Positions 35,112 through 44,838 of a DNA stretch of 64,000 bases are shown here, piece by piece (the stretch's first letter is position 1; every line of letters begins with the position of its first letter). The notes beneath the pieces are model-generated. The model searched no databases and was not told where the DNA came from. It was given only the letters and a program-made list of their open reading frames with translations. The stretch spans positions 19,732 through 83,731 of the forward strand of contig DJYI01000139.1 of assembly GCA_002448475.1 (NCBI GenBank), in the 5' to 3' direction. The stretch comes from Verrucomicrobia bacterium UBA6982. GTDB taxonomy: Bacteria; Verrucomicrobiota; Kiritimatiellia; RFP12; UBA3636. Made by a program: the position numbers and the translations under genes.

Positions 35112-36814
35112 GGCTTCGATTCCTCTGCAAGGGCTGCGGAAACCTTCTTTTCCAGGTCGCGATAGACGGACAGGCAGAACGGACCGTCCTCGGCCATGTC
35201 CGTGAACACTTCGAGCAGCACCGCGCCTTCCGGTCCTCGGGCGAATTCGGGAAGAACCTTCGAAAGGCTCTTTTCGTCCGTCGCCGAAAGATATTTGAAA
35301 CCGCATTCTTCCGCCCAGGCCCTGGCTGATCGGCCGTGACGGCATCCGATGTGGCGGTCTACCGTCGGCAGGGAATGGCTTGCTGGCGGGATGTGGAATT
35401 CCGCCGCCCCGCGGTTGTTGACCAGGAAAATCCTCACGTCTTTCGCGCGTTCCCGGATGGCCAGGGCGTTCATTCCGTAGAAGAAACTGAGATCGCCGAT
35501 AACGAGAAACGCCCGCCTTCCGCCGGCCACCGCCTGCCCAAGGAACGTTGGCAGGCATCCGTCGATGCCGAATGCGTTGATGTTTCCTGCGACGCGAACT
35601 CCTTCGGCCAGCGGGAAAAACTGCATCAGCCGAACGGCGTTGAGAATGCTCACATGGACGAGCGATTCCGGTGGAATCATGCTGGCCAGCGCCCCGACGG
35701 CGTAAAACTGCCCGTAGGGAAGCGGTGGCAGGACAGCGGCTTTTTCAAGGCGCTTCCAAAGTTTCAGGTAGCCACCCTCCCGCTTTCCGGTGGAGAGTTC
35801 GGACATCCGTTCGAGGAACGTTTCGACCTGGCACTCGAAAACCGCCGTCTGGCTCTTGAACACGTCACGGACAACGCCTTCCGGATCGATCGACCAATGC
35901 TCGAACTCTCCGCGGTGAGCCTTGAAAAGGTCCTTGATCCTTTCCTGGAAATTGGTGCCGAACGTGATGACGATGTCCGGAAGGACTTCTGCGAAGGTTT
36001 TTGACTTCAACCCCTTGCACACCGCCTCCGCCATGACGAACGTTTCCGTGCGGATGTTTGCGAAATGGTCCCCGAGAACAGGGGCGCGGAACCGTTTGCA
36101 GAAAGCTGACAGAGCGCGTTTTTCCGAAGCCGTCCAGCGGTCGCAGGCGCCGGCGATGACGAGGATGCGGCGCGCTTTTTCCAGGCGCTTCGCGAAATGG
36201 TTCCACGTCCGGCCGTCGTTTTCCCCAACCCAATCCACGAACCGATAGTGTATAGCTTTTCTCCCCTGCCCATCCGCGTTCCACATGGCGTTGGTGTCGC
36301 CGACCAGCGGAAGGTTGACATGGACGGGGCCTGGGCGGTGTCTCCGAAGTTCGACAAGGGCTTCGCTCAGCAATCGGGAAAAGTGCCAGACGTCATCTGT
36401 GTCTTTCAGGACGGGCAGACTCACGCTTTTTTTTGTGACAGACGCAAAAACGGCGGGTTGGTCGATCTTTTGCGTTTCCAGCTGATGGAGGACGTAGGGA
36501 CTTCGGTCCGCCGTGATCGCCAAGACGGGAACATGGGCGAAAAAGGCTTCCGTCATGCCGGACAGGTAGTTTGATGCGGCCGTTCCGCTCGTGCAGGACA
36601 ACCCGACAGGTTCGCCCAGTTCCTGAGCCAGCCCCAGTGCGAAGAAGGCTGCGCTGCGTTCATCCACCACGGAATGGCAGACGAAAAACGGATCGGACTC
36701 GACCGCCGTCACGAACGGGATGTTCCGCATGCCCGGAGACAGCACCAGATGGCGGACCCGGTAGTGCTTCAACGCTGAAACGAGGATGTCGATGGCAAGG
36801 GTGTTTGATGTCAT
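35108..36814 (-). CDS. MenD-family ThDP-dependent enzyme (SEPHCHC-synthase-like), possibly recruited to a non-menaquinone role
   Basis: The N-domain [16 protein letters not shown]...[13 protein letters not shown]...[12 protein letters not shown]...[10 protein letters not shown] is closely collinear with E. coli MenD (VRHICIAPGSRSTPL...DERGLGHLALGLA...TSGTAVANL...LTADRPPEL). The C-terminal ThDP motif is ...[12 protein letters not shown]...[14 protein letters not shown]...[11 protein letters not shown]. Confidence 0.65.
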   Translation of the reverse strand: MTSNTLAIDILVSALKHYRVRHLVLSPGMRNIPFVTAVESDPFFVCHSVVDERSAAFFALGLAQELGEPVGLSCTSGTAASNYLSGMTEAFFAHVPVLAITADRSPYVLHQLETQKIDQPAVFASVTKKSVSLPVLKDTDDVWHFSRLLSEALVELRRHRPGPVHVNLPLVGDTNAMWNADGQGRKAIHYRFVDWVGENDGRTWNHFAKRLEKARRILVIAGACDRWTASEKRALSAFCKRFRAPVLGDHFANIRTETFVMAEAVCKGLKSKTFAEVLPDIVITFGTNFQERIKDLFKAHRGEFEHWSIDPEGVVRDVFKSQTAVFECQVETFLERMSELSTGKREGGYLKLWKRLEKAAVLPPLPYGQFYAVGALASMIPPESLVHVSILNAVRLMQFFPLAEGVRVAGNINAFGIDGCLPTFLGQAVAGGRRAFLVIGDLSFFYGMNALAIRERAKDVRIFLVNNRGAAEFHIPPASHSLPTVDRHIGCRHGRSARAWAEECGFKYLSATDEKSLSKVLPEFARGPEGAVLLEVFTDMAEDGPFCLSVYRDLEKKVSAALAEESKP

Positions 36815-36826
36815 GGAGAAGACCTT

Positions 36827-37726
36827 TCAAGTATTGCCAAAGGTAAAACGGCAATCGTCCTGCGTAAGATTACCGCAGCCGGCCGTCACGTAAAGGATGG
36901 ATCCAAGGACCATTCTGCCAAGCGACGATACGAGAACGACGGCGAGGTTCGCAACCTCGCTCTCCGCAATCAAGCGACCGCCCGGCATGCGAGGACGCGC
37001 AAATGATTTTCCTTTATTCGGTCCGAGAAAGGCTTCCGTCGCGGTGGGGCCAGGGGCGATGCCGTTCACGACGATTCCATATGGAGCAAGTGTTTTCGCC
37101 ATTCCAGGAACCAAGCCGCGCAATGCCCACTTCGCGAGATTGTAGGGGGAGTTTGCGGGACGCAGACTCGACGAAGAGCAGACGACGAGAATGTTTCGGT
37201 TCCCGCACTCGTCGTTCCGCGATATCCAGTCCTCTGCCGCACACTGAGAGAGAAAGTAGGCTCCGCGGAGGTTTGTTTCCATCACTTCGTCGAAATCTTC
37301 CGGCAATGTGCTGCCAAATCTGGCAAAATTGAGACTGCCGGCGTTGTTCACCAAAATGTCAATCCCGCGAAGGCCGCAACACGGGAGCGCATTCGCTTCC
37401 CTCCACTTGTCGCGAAACGACTCGACGCTTTTCATCTCCAATGCAATGCCGCAAACTCTATCTTCGGATGCGGATGTAGCACATTGCGCAAGTTCATCGA
37501 CGCGCCGATTCACGGCGTCACGGTTTCTTCCAGTAATGATGACGTTTCCGCCAGCCGACAATATGGCCTTTGCGGTCGCGAGACCGATTCCTCTGGTTCC
37601 ACCCGTGATCAAAGCGGTTCGCCCCGCCAGCAAATCGGAACGGAACGGTGAAATGCCATCGCCTTCAGGGAGGGGAATCGGCATCTGTTCCATCTCGTTC
37701 TCCGGGTTCATCGTGTCCGAGTCCAT
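36827..37726 (-). CDS. SDR-family short-chain dehydrogenase/reductase
   Basis: TGGTRGIGLA (the Rossmann TGxxxGIG motif), NNAG, ...SSSS... and YxxxK-like (PYNLAK). The ATG at 37726 overlaps the upstream stop. The track start at 37732 is a TTG. Confidence 0.75.
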   Translation of the reverse strand: MDSDTMNPENEMEQMPIPLPEGDGISPFRSDLLAGRTALITGGTRGIGLATAKAILSAGGNVIITGRNRDAVNRRVDELAQCATSASEDRVCGIALEMKSVESFRDKWREANALPCCGLRGIDILVNNAGSLNFARFGSTLPEDFDEVMETNLRGAYFLSQCAAEDWISRNDECGNRNILVVCSSSSLRPANSPYNLAKWALRGLVPGMAKTLAPYGIVVNGIAPGPTATEAFLGPNKGKSFARPRMPGGRLIAESEVANLAVVLVSSLGRMVLGSILYVTAGCGNLTQDDCRFTFGNT

Positions 37727-37728
37727 GT

Positions 37729-38826
37729 TCAAAGGCGGTTGAGTGATTCGGAAAGAAAAGCCCGGGACTCATTTCGGACGGCTTCGATCCGCCCGCAGAC
37801 TTCGGCAAAATCCGTCGGCGATTCGTACGCAAAGCCCGTTTCCGCTCTCGGGATGCCGATCCAATCGGCGAGTTCCTCCATTTTCGTATCGCACTGCTCC
37901 CGCGTGAAAACGGAGAACGGTCGCCGGTAGTGGATGGCGAAAATCATTCCGTGGTAGGAATTCGTCACCACGAACTCCGCTTCGCGCACCAGCCCGAGAA
38001 ACTCTTCCACGCCGGCGTCGTATCGCATCTCATGCCCCATTTCGGCATGCGACGCCCGGATGCTGATTTCCACGACCCGCCAGCCGTTCCGTTTTGCCAG
38101 ATCCGACGCGAATGCCGTCATGCGCGGATCGTCACGGCGGGAATAAAGCAACAGGAATGGTTCCTTCTTGTTTGGGGATTTCGCGATCAAGTCATAATCG
38201 GACCGGGCCAAAAGCAGCGTGGGATCGCACACGCGCCGGACGGGCACCTCCGTCGCCGTGCGGACCCGGTCCATCAAAGTCGTTTCCCGCAGACCGATTG
38301 CTTTGAAATTCCGCATTCTGGCGTCGAGAACGGGCAGCTGGTCCGGGCGGAAATGAGGTGTTCCGAAACTCGGCGCATAGGCGACGGACCGCCCCTGCAT
38401 CACGGCGTAATTGGCGTAGTATCCGTCGTCCATTCCGAACTCGTCCGGGCAGAAAATCGTGTCGCTCCCGCAAACGAAACCATCAAGGCCCTCACGTTTC
38501 ATGCAGTCGCCGAAATTCGCGGAGGTATATACGCCGACGGAACGAGGGCAGCATTCCCGGTAGAATCGGTCGAACTTGCCATAATTGACACGGATCGCCG
38601 GCATGGACGCCTCGACCATCCGGCGCGAGGCGTCATCCTTGTCCCACATGTTCCGGAACGGATCGAGCGGGTTCTTGTCCTTGAGGATGTCGGGGCAGTA
38701 ATCGATCAGGACGGGTTTGTTTCCCGTCTTTTCGATGGAACGACAAAGCGCCCAGCTCTGCAACGCCGATCCGTAGTTGGTGAAGTTGCAGTGGATGTTG
38801 TAGCTGATGACACCTAAACGTTTCAT
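37729..38826 (-). CDS. Polysaccharide pyruvyl transferase family protein, copy 2
   Basis: MKRLGVISYNIHCNFTNYGSALQSWAL... and ...VVTNSYHGMIFA... (like the TDSYHG motif) match the PS_pyruv_trans family. Confidence 0.55.
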   Translation of the reverse strand: MKRLGVISYNIHCNFTNYGSALQSWALCRSIEKTGNKPVLIDYCPDILKDKNPLDPFRNMWDKDDASRRMVEASMPAIRVNYGKFDRFYRECCPRSVGVYTSANFGDCMKREGLDGFVCGSDTIFCPDEFGMDDGYYANYAVMQGRSVAYAPSFGTPHFRPDQLPVLDARMRNFKAIGLRETTLMDRVRTATEVPVRRVCDPTLLLARSDYDLIAKSPNKKEPFLLLYSRRDDPRMTAFASDLAKRNGWRVVEISIRASHAEMGHEMRYDAGVEEFLGLVREAEFVVTNSYHGMIFAIHYRRPFSVFTREQCDTKMEELADWIGIPRAETGFAYESPTDFAEVCGRIEAVRNESRAFLSESLNRL

Positions 38827-39746
38827 CGGATGTAGCGATCACTTTTCGCCAATTGTGTGGGTCCGAACTTCCAAGCCACGGCTTTGCAATCGCGATGTTT
38901 CGGAATGCGTTGTTCAACAGGGGGAAGCCTCATATAATTTCCAAAACAAATCCGGAGCGTCTCCTCGACTTGAACTGGAACGGGCGCCAGTCGTCCAGCG
39001 AATGGAATGAATCGCTGTTCAGAAAAAGCTGATGTGGGAAAGAAATCTGGAATCTCGTCAATGCGCAACCCAAAAGCGCCGCAAAAACGACTCTGCCCAA
39101 ACGGGACAGACCGGGCGATTCGTTCGGAAATACGGCAACGGTCACCAAGAGAATCAAAACCCGGGAAGAAGATTCCCGCGCATGCACCAATCAATCGGAC
39201 AAGCCGGTGTCGTAATCCCTTTCCTTTTCCATGTGCCAAAAACGAGATTCGCGCACGAAGCATCCTGCGAAGAAACTTCCGTCGAGTTCGGGACAAACTG
39301 GAATCAGGGTAGCCATCCAAAGGAAAAACATCCACGTAAATCCCATGAGGCAGAGTGTGTCCAAGGCGTTGCTCAACCCGGGAAATCACGCTCCGATCCG
39401 TTTCTTGCACTTTTCCGTAGATCTCTGGCATCTCGGGCGTATTCTTCCAATCGATCCACTTCATGTCAGCCGGAAGTTCCTTCTCCGCAATGCAAACAAA
39501 CCGATCATAGTCTCCCCTCGGCATATGGATGTCCAAATCGTCATCCCAAGGAATAAAGCCTCCATGTCGAATTGCGCCAAGCGCAGAACCATACGCAAGA
39601 AAGAACTGAATCCCATGACGGGAGGCGATTTCCGCAATGGCATCGTAGACTCGAAGCATCGCCTCCCAATGGTCGCGAAGGCCGGGGAAAGAAATCGGTT
39701 GAAATGAATCAGACACATATGTCACATCAGTGTTCCTTTCCAGCAA
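38823..39746 (-). CDS. LicD-family phosphotransferase (transfers phosphocholine, or alditol/glycerol-phosphate from a CDP donor), copy 1
   Basis: ...HGIQFFLAYGSALGAIRHGGFIPWDDDLDIHMPRGDYDRF... is the LicD core, with DDD catalytic residues. The start is uncertain: the track's 39746 is a TTG, and an in-frame ATG at 39659 is an alternative. Confidence 0.7.
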   Translation of the reverse strand: MLERNTDVTYVSDSFQPISFPGLRDHWEAMLRVYDAIAEIASRHGIQFFLAYGSALGAIRHGGFIPWDDDLDIHMPRGDYDRFVCIAEKELPADMKWIDWKNTPEMPEIYGKVQETDRSVISRVEQRLGHTLPHGIYVDVFPLDGYPDSSLSRTRRKFLRRMLRARISFLAHGKGKGLRHRLVRLIGACAGIFFPGFDSLGDRCRISERIARSVPFGQSRFCGAFGLRIDEIPDFFPTSAFSEQRFIPFAGRLAPVPVQVEETLRICFGNYMRLPPVEQRIPKHRDCKAVAWKFGPTQLAKSDRYIR

Positions 39747-40923
39747 TAATCTTTCTCACGTTGCGCGCGAAATCACGAGCGAAGACAACTGCTGTGCGAT
39801 GCGCAAACTGCCGAACGAGACATTCGTCATGGGCCAAACTGAGATTAGCAAAAAACGACGAAACACCCACCGCATTCGTCGCCCAAGAACGTTCCGAGAT
39901 CGCGAGGGCCCGGGCGTTACGGCGCATCTCCGTAATACGTTCTGGATCGCAGGCCAAGGATTCCATTGTCTCGGCCAGATGATCCTCGTCAACACTACAC
40001 ATGGGCCAATAGTAACCATCACAACGTGGCTCGTGACTGGCAACACGGACGCACACGCCACTGTCTTCGTCAGGAAATTCATTCATTGGAGGCTCATCTG
40101 GAACAACAACCGGAAGACCGCATGACAATGCCTCGCAGACGGTAAGTCCGATTCCGTCAAGGCGGCTGGGATAGACATAGACATCGCCCAGATGATAGGC
40201 GCCTGGTGCTGGTATCGTTTCTTTCAGAAGTGTCAGACGTCCTGAGAAAAGAAGTTGCTCGACGATTTCGCGCAAATTCGGAAAAGCCGAAAGAATGTCC
40301 TTCTGGGCGTGGACAACAAGTTTTGCGGGAGCCCTAACATGGAAAAATGCCCGCAACAGCAAGTCTGTTCCCTTCCGTTTGGGAGAAAAACCTGCACTGT
40401 GAAAAAAAGTCACCACGCCTGATTCGACGAGCGCCGGCCAGCAGCTGGACGGCTTGAAGAGTTCAACATTCGTCCCCCAAGGAATATAAAGACACTGCGG
40501 ATGCCAGCCGAAAACGGAAGCGTGCCTTTTGGTATTGCAGATCAGTCCGTCGTAAATCGCGAAATCGCGAACCGTGTACTTCGTGTAGTAGTCCACATAG
40601 GCAACGGTTTTCACCCCCAACCGGGTACAGAGTGCCGCCGGCCAAAGCGTCCTTTGCTCGTTGAAGAGAACCGCGGACACCCCGGTTTCCCGAAGCCAAC
40701 GCCGGAAGTCCCGGGGGGAAATGCCGGACCGGTCCGCGTCGGCGGAACGCGCAGCCCAATGGATGCGCGGCCCGTCCCAGTTCGGATCGCCGACGGCAAA
40801 CGCCTCCCCGCCGCGGGCGAAAACGAAAACCTCGTGCCCCGCCCGCTCGAGCACATCACGGTATTGACGCGACACATAGGCCGCACCTCGCTCAAACCAA
40901 GTCGTGACGATGCCGATTCTCAT
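39727..40923 (-). CDS. Family 4 (GT-B) glycosyltransferase
   Basis: MRIGIVTTWFERGAAY... (a GT-B N-domain) and a C-terminal ...CEALSCGLPVVVPDEPPMNEF... (EX7E-like), typical of Glycos_transf_1. Confidence 0.65.
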   Translation of the reverse strand: MRIGIVTTWFERGAAYVSRQYRDVLERAGHEVFVFARGGEAFAVGDPNWDGPRIHWAARSADADRSGISPRDFRRWLRETGVSAVLFNEQRTLWPAALCTRLGVKTVAYVDYYTKYTVRDFAIYDGLICNTKRHASVFGWHPQCLYIPWGTNVELFKPSSCWPALVESGVVTFFHSAGFSPKRKGTDLLLRAFFHVRAPAKLVVHAQKDILSAFPNLREIVEQLLFSGRLTLLKETIPAPGAYHLGDVYVYPSRLDGIGLTVCEALSCGLPVVVPDEPPMNEFPDEDSGVCVRVASHEPRCDGYYWPMCSVDEDHLAETMESLACDPERITEMRRNARALAISERSWATNAVGVSSFFANLSLAHDECLVRQFAHRTAVVFARDFARNVRKIIAGKEH

Positions 40924-42080
40924 GAAAGGACTTCTGTAGCTCCAAATAAGTGCGACTCCACCGCATCGACAATCCGGACTGCTGCTCGACCATCGCCGTA
41001 TGGATTCGCAACGCCGGACATGCGCCGGTATTCATCCAAATCGGACAAAAGTCGTTCGACACCGGAAACAATCAAGTCCTCCTCCGTTCCGACCAGCCGA
41101 CTCGTCCCGGCTGTAACCGCTTCGGGACGTTCAGTCGTTCTGCGCATAACGAGAACCGGTTTTCCGAGACTCGGCGCTTCCTCTTGAACGCCGCCCGAGT
41201 CAGTCAAGACAAGGAAAGAACGTTTCATCAAGGCCACAAACGCCAGATACGGCTGTGGTGGAATCAAATGGACGTTCGAGCGATTGCAACCTACAATGTC
41301 GAAAACCGGCTTCTGGACGTTGGGGTTAAGATGGACAGGATAGACGAAGTGGACGCCTGGGTTGTCGGTTGCGAGACGAACAAGCGCATTGCAGATGTGT
41401 AAAAAACCTTCACCAAAACTTTCTCGACGGTGGCCTGTGACTAATACCATCCTTTCCTTGCCCAAAAACCAATCCGAATCAGAAATCCCCTCAATGACAG
41501 GTGGAGCCTTTTCGACCGTGGAATTTGCGAAAAAAAGAGCATCGATCACCGTGTTCCCCGTCACCATCACCGCGTTCGGGTCTATTCCTTCACGGAGAAG
41601 ATTGGCGTATGCGCTATCCGTTGGTGCAAAGTGAAGCGTTGAAAGACGCGTCGTAAGTACGCGGTTCGCCTCTTCAGGCCATGGGGCGTATAGATTGCCA
41701 GTACGAAGGCCAGCCTCAACATGACCAACGGGAATTCGATGGTAAAATGCAACCAGAGATGCTGCGAAAACAGTAGTTGTATCCCCCTGTACGAGAACAA
41801 AATCCGGCCTCTCGGAAGTAAAGTAACGATCAATCGACTCAATCAGACGCGCAGTTAAACCTGACAAAGTCTGATCAGCCATCATGAGATCAAGATCCGC
41901 ATCCGGCAGAATATCGAAAACCGGCAGAACCTGATCAAGCATCTGTCTGTGCTGCCCAGTTACGCAAACGGAGCCTTCTAGTCGATCACGCTTCCGCAAT
42001 TCGAGAACAACGGGAGCTAGTTTGATTGCTTCCGGTCGCGTCCCGAACACAACGGAAACTTTCTTTTTGGAACTAGACAT
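40920..42080 (-). CDS. wecB: UDP-N-acetylglucosamine 2-epimerase (non-hydrolysing)
   Basis: VSVVFGTRPEAIKLAPV...HVEAGLRTGN...VLTDSGGVQEEAP... are WecB/MnaA hallmarks. The start is the internal ATG at 42080, which overlaps the upstream stop. Confidence 0.85.
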   Translation of the reverse strand: MSSSKKKVSVVFGTRPEAIKLAPVVLELRKRDRLEGSVCVTGQHRQMLDQVLPVFDILPDADLDLMMADQTLSGLTARLIESIDRYFTSERPDFVLVQGDTTTVFAASLVAFYHRIPVGHVEAGLRTGNLYAPWPEEANRVLTTRLSTLHFAPTDSAYANLLREGIDPNAVMVTGNTVIDALFFANSTVEKAPPVIEGISDSDWFLGKERMVLVTGHRRESFGEGFLHICNALVRLATDNPGVHFVYPVHLNPNVQKPVFDIVGCNRSNVHLIPPQPYLAFVALMKRSFLVLTDSGGVQEEAPSLGKPVLVMRRTTERPEAVTAGTSRLVGTEEDLIVSGVERLLSDLDEYRRMSGVANPYGDGRAAVRIVDAVESHLFGATEVLS

Positions 42081-43224
42081 GTCTGAAAATCCTTTCGTAA
42101 AACCTGAAATGGGCGGCAGCAACAACAGAGGGAGACATGTATGAACGAATTCTACTTCGAGCCTCTTCCGCCACAGACATATTGTAGGATTCAGCAAAGA
42201 CTGAGATCAACACTCGGGCTATGGCGGCGGCATCCCGTTGTGGGACAACAGTCGCGTTTCCAAATCGTCGGGCGTTCTCGGCAAGGGCAGTTCCTTCTGC
42301 GACGACACCATGGCACCCACGCATGAGTCCTTCAATCAACTGGTTGCCAAACATCTCTTCAAGCGAGGGAGCAACGATAACGCGACAATGATCAAGAATA
42401 GAAAACAATTCTCGCGAGGAAACTCGCCCGTGCAAAAACAAGGAGTCTCCAAGTACCAAACGCAGATCCCGAAGGCACCTACCAGCGGCTCCCTGTGCAT
42501 TATTCTCGGAAGGATTCCCCATGACGTGCAATTGCAAGTCTGGAATAACCCTAATCACATTTCGCAAAGCATCAACAAGATACTTTACTCCCTTGCGTTC
42601 GTCCATTGTCCCCACATATGCAACCGCATGGCCGGATCGCGGCACGAGGGGTCCGTCGAGCCTGGGTTCGTAGGTGTTCGGGATCAGCGTCAGGTCCAGA
42701 TGCGGATACTGCCTTGCAAGGGCTTCTTTCACATATTCGCTTTTTGCCACGACGAAGCGAGTTTTCCGAAGGACCATGTCCTCACCCCAGCGCAGGAATC
42801 GCTCGTTCCAAGTCGGCGCGCGGCCAAGTGCCGGGAGAATCTGGAAAAATAGCCCCTGAGCCGTGATGCAAAAGGGGAGCCCGGAGCGAATCGCCGCATG
42901 TCCGTAGGCGGCTTCTGTACCATGAGCATGAACCACGGTAGGAGCTAGTATTCGAACGAGACGAGCCATGCGCCAGGCATCAAGCGCATAAAACGTAAAC
43001 TGGCGATAAGGATGAAAGGAGCGGAGGAAATGAACAGGAATCCCCTCGATTTCGCAGTCAAAATCGCAAGTAGCCTTGTGGGCTTGAGATATGATCGAGA
43101 CATCTATCCCAGCCGCTTTCTGCGCAAGGGCGTGATTCAAGACCCACCGACCAGGATGTTGCTTAACTTGCTTACTCCTAATGTCGTCAGGAACTGGGAC
43201 ACTCCCTAGATGGACAATTTTCAT
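42073..43224 (-). CDS. Family 4 (GT-B) glycosyltransferase
   Basis: MKIVHLGSVPVP... plus ...EEMFGNQLIEGLMRGCHGVVAEG... (EX7E). The ATG at 43224 forms an ATGA overlap with the upstream stop. The ORF's 51 upstream codons are probably not translated. Confidence 0.7.
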   Translation of the reverse strand: MKIVHLGSVPVPDDIRSKQVKQHPGRWVLNHALAQKAAGIDVSIISQAHKATCDFDCEIEGIPVHFLRSFHPYRQFTFYALDAWRMARLVRILAPTVVHAHGTEAAYGHAAIRSGLPFCITAQGLFFQILPALGRAPTWNERFLRWGEDMVLRKTRFVVAKSEYVKEALARQYPHLDLTLIPNTYEPRLDGPLVPRSGHAVAYVGTMDERKGVKYLVDALRNVIRVIPDLQLHVMGNPSENNAQGAAGRCLRDLRLVLGDSLFLHGRVSSRELFSILDHCRVIVAPSLEEMFGNQLIEGLMRGCHGVVAEGTALAENARRFGNATVVPQRDAAAIARVLISVFAESYNMSVAEEARSRIRSYMSPSVVAAAHFRFYERIFRHV

Positions 43225-44657
43225 AAGGCGGCATCCCTGTTTTGTCGCTGATACCCGCGAACAACAGCAATCATCAAGGCATAACTCGGATACCACGACA
43301 TTAATGTTTTGGAAGAGTGACCTGATGTATAGGAAAACAATACTGAAACCAAACAAGACATCGCCAAATATATGCAAAACGACGGCAAATAAACCCCCGT
43401 GGTTACAATTTTACAGGCCCGAATCGCATACAAAACCATGTGAGCGGTAAAAACAAACCACAGCAACATGCAAGGCAATCCGAAATCGGCGGCGTAGGCA
43501 TACCAAGTGCTATGCCAGTTTCCCGAAGTGCCATGCCCTTCCCCTGCGACTGTTTCAAGATGGGTGGACAGTCGCCAAACCGTTTCCTCAGTATCCATGG
43601 AAAATCCCTTTCGGCCCAACCATGGATTTTTGCGTATAACGCTCCTGGCATATTCGCGCAATTCCATTCTGAACAGGTCGGACATCCCTCCATATTCTTC
43701 TGATGCCTTGTATTTTGGGAATACAACAGCAAGGGCACGAGTTGCAGATTTTGGAAGCATGTAAAGATGCCCATCACCAGCAACTGCGCACAAAATCACA
43801 ACCGCTCCGAACAACGCCATGCAACACGTGATGAATTTGTCTTTCCCCCTAATGAACGACGCAAAAAACGGAACTACGAGAATCGTTCCAAACGCCCTTC
43901 GCTTGCCAGAAAGAATGGCAAGCGCCGCCGTAAGAATGACAAAGAACAATTTCGGCAACGAATTCAGAATTGTCAAAAGAGGATACCGGGAAAAGACCAA
44001 AGTATAAAGCGTTGCACACGGAACAAGCCAATATCTCACTCTCAGACCATCCCCTGTCAACGCGGAATCATCATTATCCACTTCGTCTAAACCTATGAAA
44101 TTCCGGCACAATGAAAAAAGAACGCCGTAGAAGGTCAAAAAAAACAACATTTTGGCATCGCGTTCAGTAAAACGTCTAGATGCCAAAGCAAAAAACGCAA
44201 GGAACCCGAGCAATATCTGGAGATAGAACCGGCTTCCTATTGTTGAACTGCCGAGAATTGCAAGTCCGGGAGGATTCAAGCAAAATACGAAAAGCATCCA
44301 GCAAAAAGGTGGTATTACCCAGAATGTGTCTTTGTCAATGGAAACGGAAGAATCACGATGGAGCCCGACTCTGATGAAATGAACACAGGAAACGGAAAGG
44401 CACGCCAATTCATTTCTGCTGAAGGGTATTCCGGAAATTGAAGGGGCGAAGAACAAAATGAGCGGATATAAAAGCCAATACTTGTCGTTTAAGGCCAGAA
44501 CAATCCAGGTGAAAACGACAAACGCGGCAGTGATCTTCAAATTAGTTGAAGACCCCGACATTGCAGACTTCACGGCGAAAAGCGCGAAAACCACTAGTGC
44601 CATTCCGAACACCAGTCGCTGAATTCGCTGCTTGTAGGCTGCGGAAGGATTGGTCAT
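43221..44657 (-). CDS. Wzy-like O-antigen/EPS polymerase or O-antigen-ligase-family membrane protein
   Basis: 478 aa with about 10-12 TM segments and a large periplasmic-type loop in the C-terminal half. It sits in an AT-rich segment (~45% GC). It is the first gene of the minus-strand operon. Confidence 0.55.
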   Translation of the reverse strand: MTNPSAAYKQRIQRLVFGMALVVFALFAVKSAMSGSSTNLKITAAFVVFTWIVLALNDKYWLLYPLILFFAPSISGIPFSRNELACLSVSCVHFIRVGLHRDSSVSIDKDTFWVIPPFCWMLFVFCLNPPGLAILGSSTIGSRFYLQILLGFLAFFALASRRFTERDAKMLFFLTFYGVLFSLCRNFIGLDEVDNDDSALTGDGLRVRYWLVPCATLYTLVFSRYPLLTILNSLPKLFFVILTAALAILSGKRRAFGTILVVPFFASFIRGKDKFITCCMALFGAVVILCAVAGDGHLYMLPKSATRALAVVFPKYKASEEYGGMSDLFRMELREYARSVIRKNPWLGRKGFSMDTEETVWRLSTHLETVAGEGHGTSGNWHSTWYAYAADFGLPCMLLWFVFTAHMVLYAIRACKIVTTGVYLPSFCIYLAMSCLVSVLFSYTSGHSSKTLMSWYPSYALMIAVVRGYQRQNRDAAL

Positions 44658-44838
44658 TGGTTCTTGTACAAAATTGCCTATGCCGATTTACGGTCTCATG
44701 ACCTCAAGGCGCTCTGAATACTATGTCATTGCTGTCCTTTTGTCCAGAATTTTCTATTTGACTTTTCGTGCACGTCATTCTAGCATCGGTCATGTGCTGC
44801 CTTACCCATCATCAAAAGAATCTTCGATCGCCACGCAA

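Noticed and set aside
34011-36814. A phosphonate (2-aminoethylphosphonate) biosynthesis cassette, suggested by the PhnW-like aminotransferase next to a ThDP decarboxylase-like gene
   Set aside because: No PEP mutase (Ppm/AepX) gene is present anywhere in the window. The ThDP enzyme is collinear with MenD rather than with phosphonopyruvate decarboxylase. I treat it instead as an uncharacterised substituent pathway.
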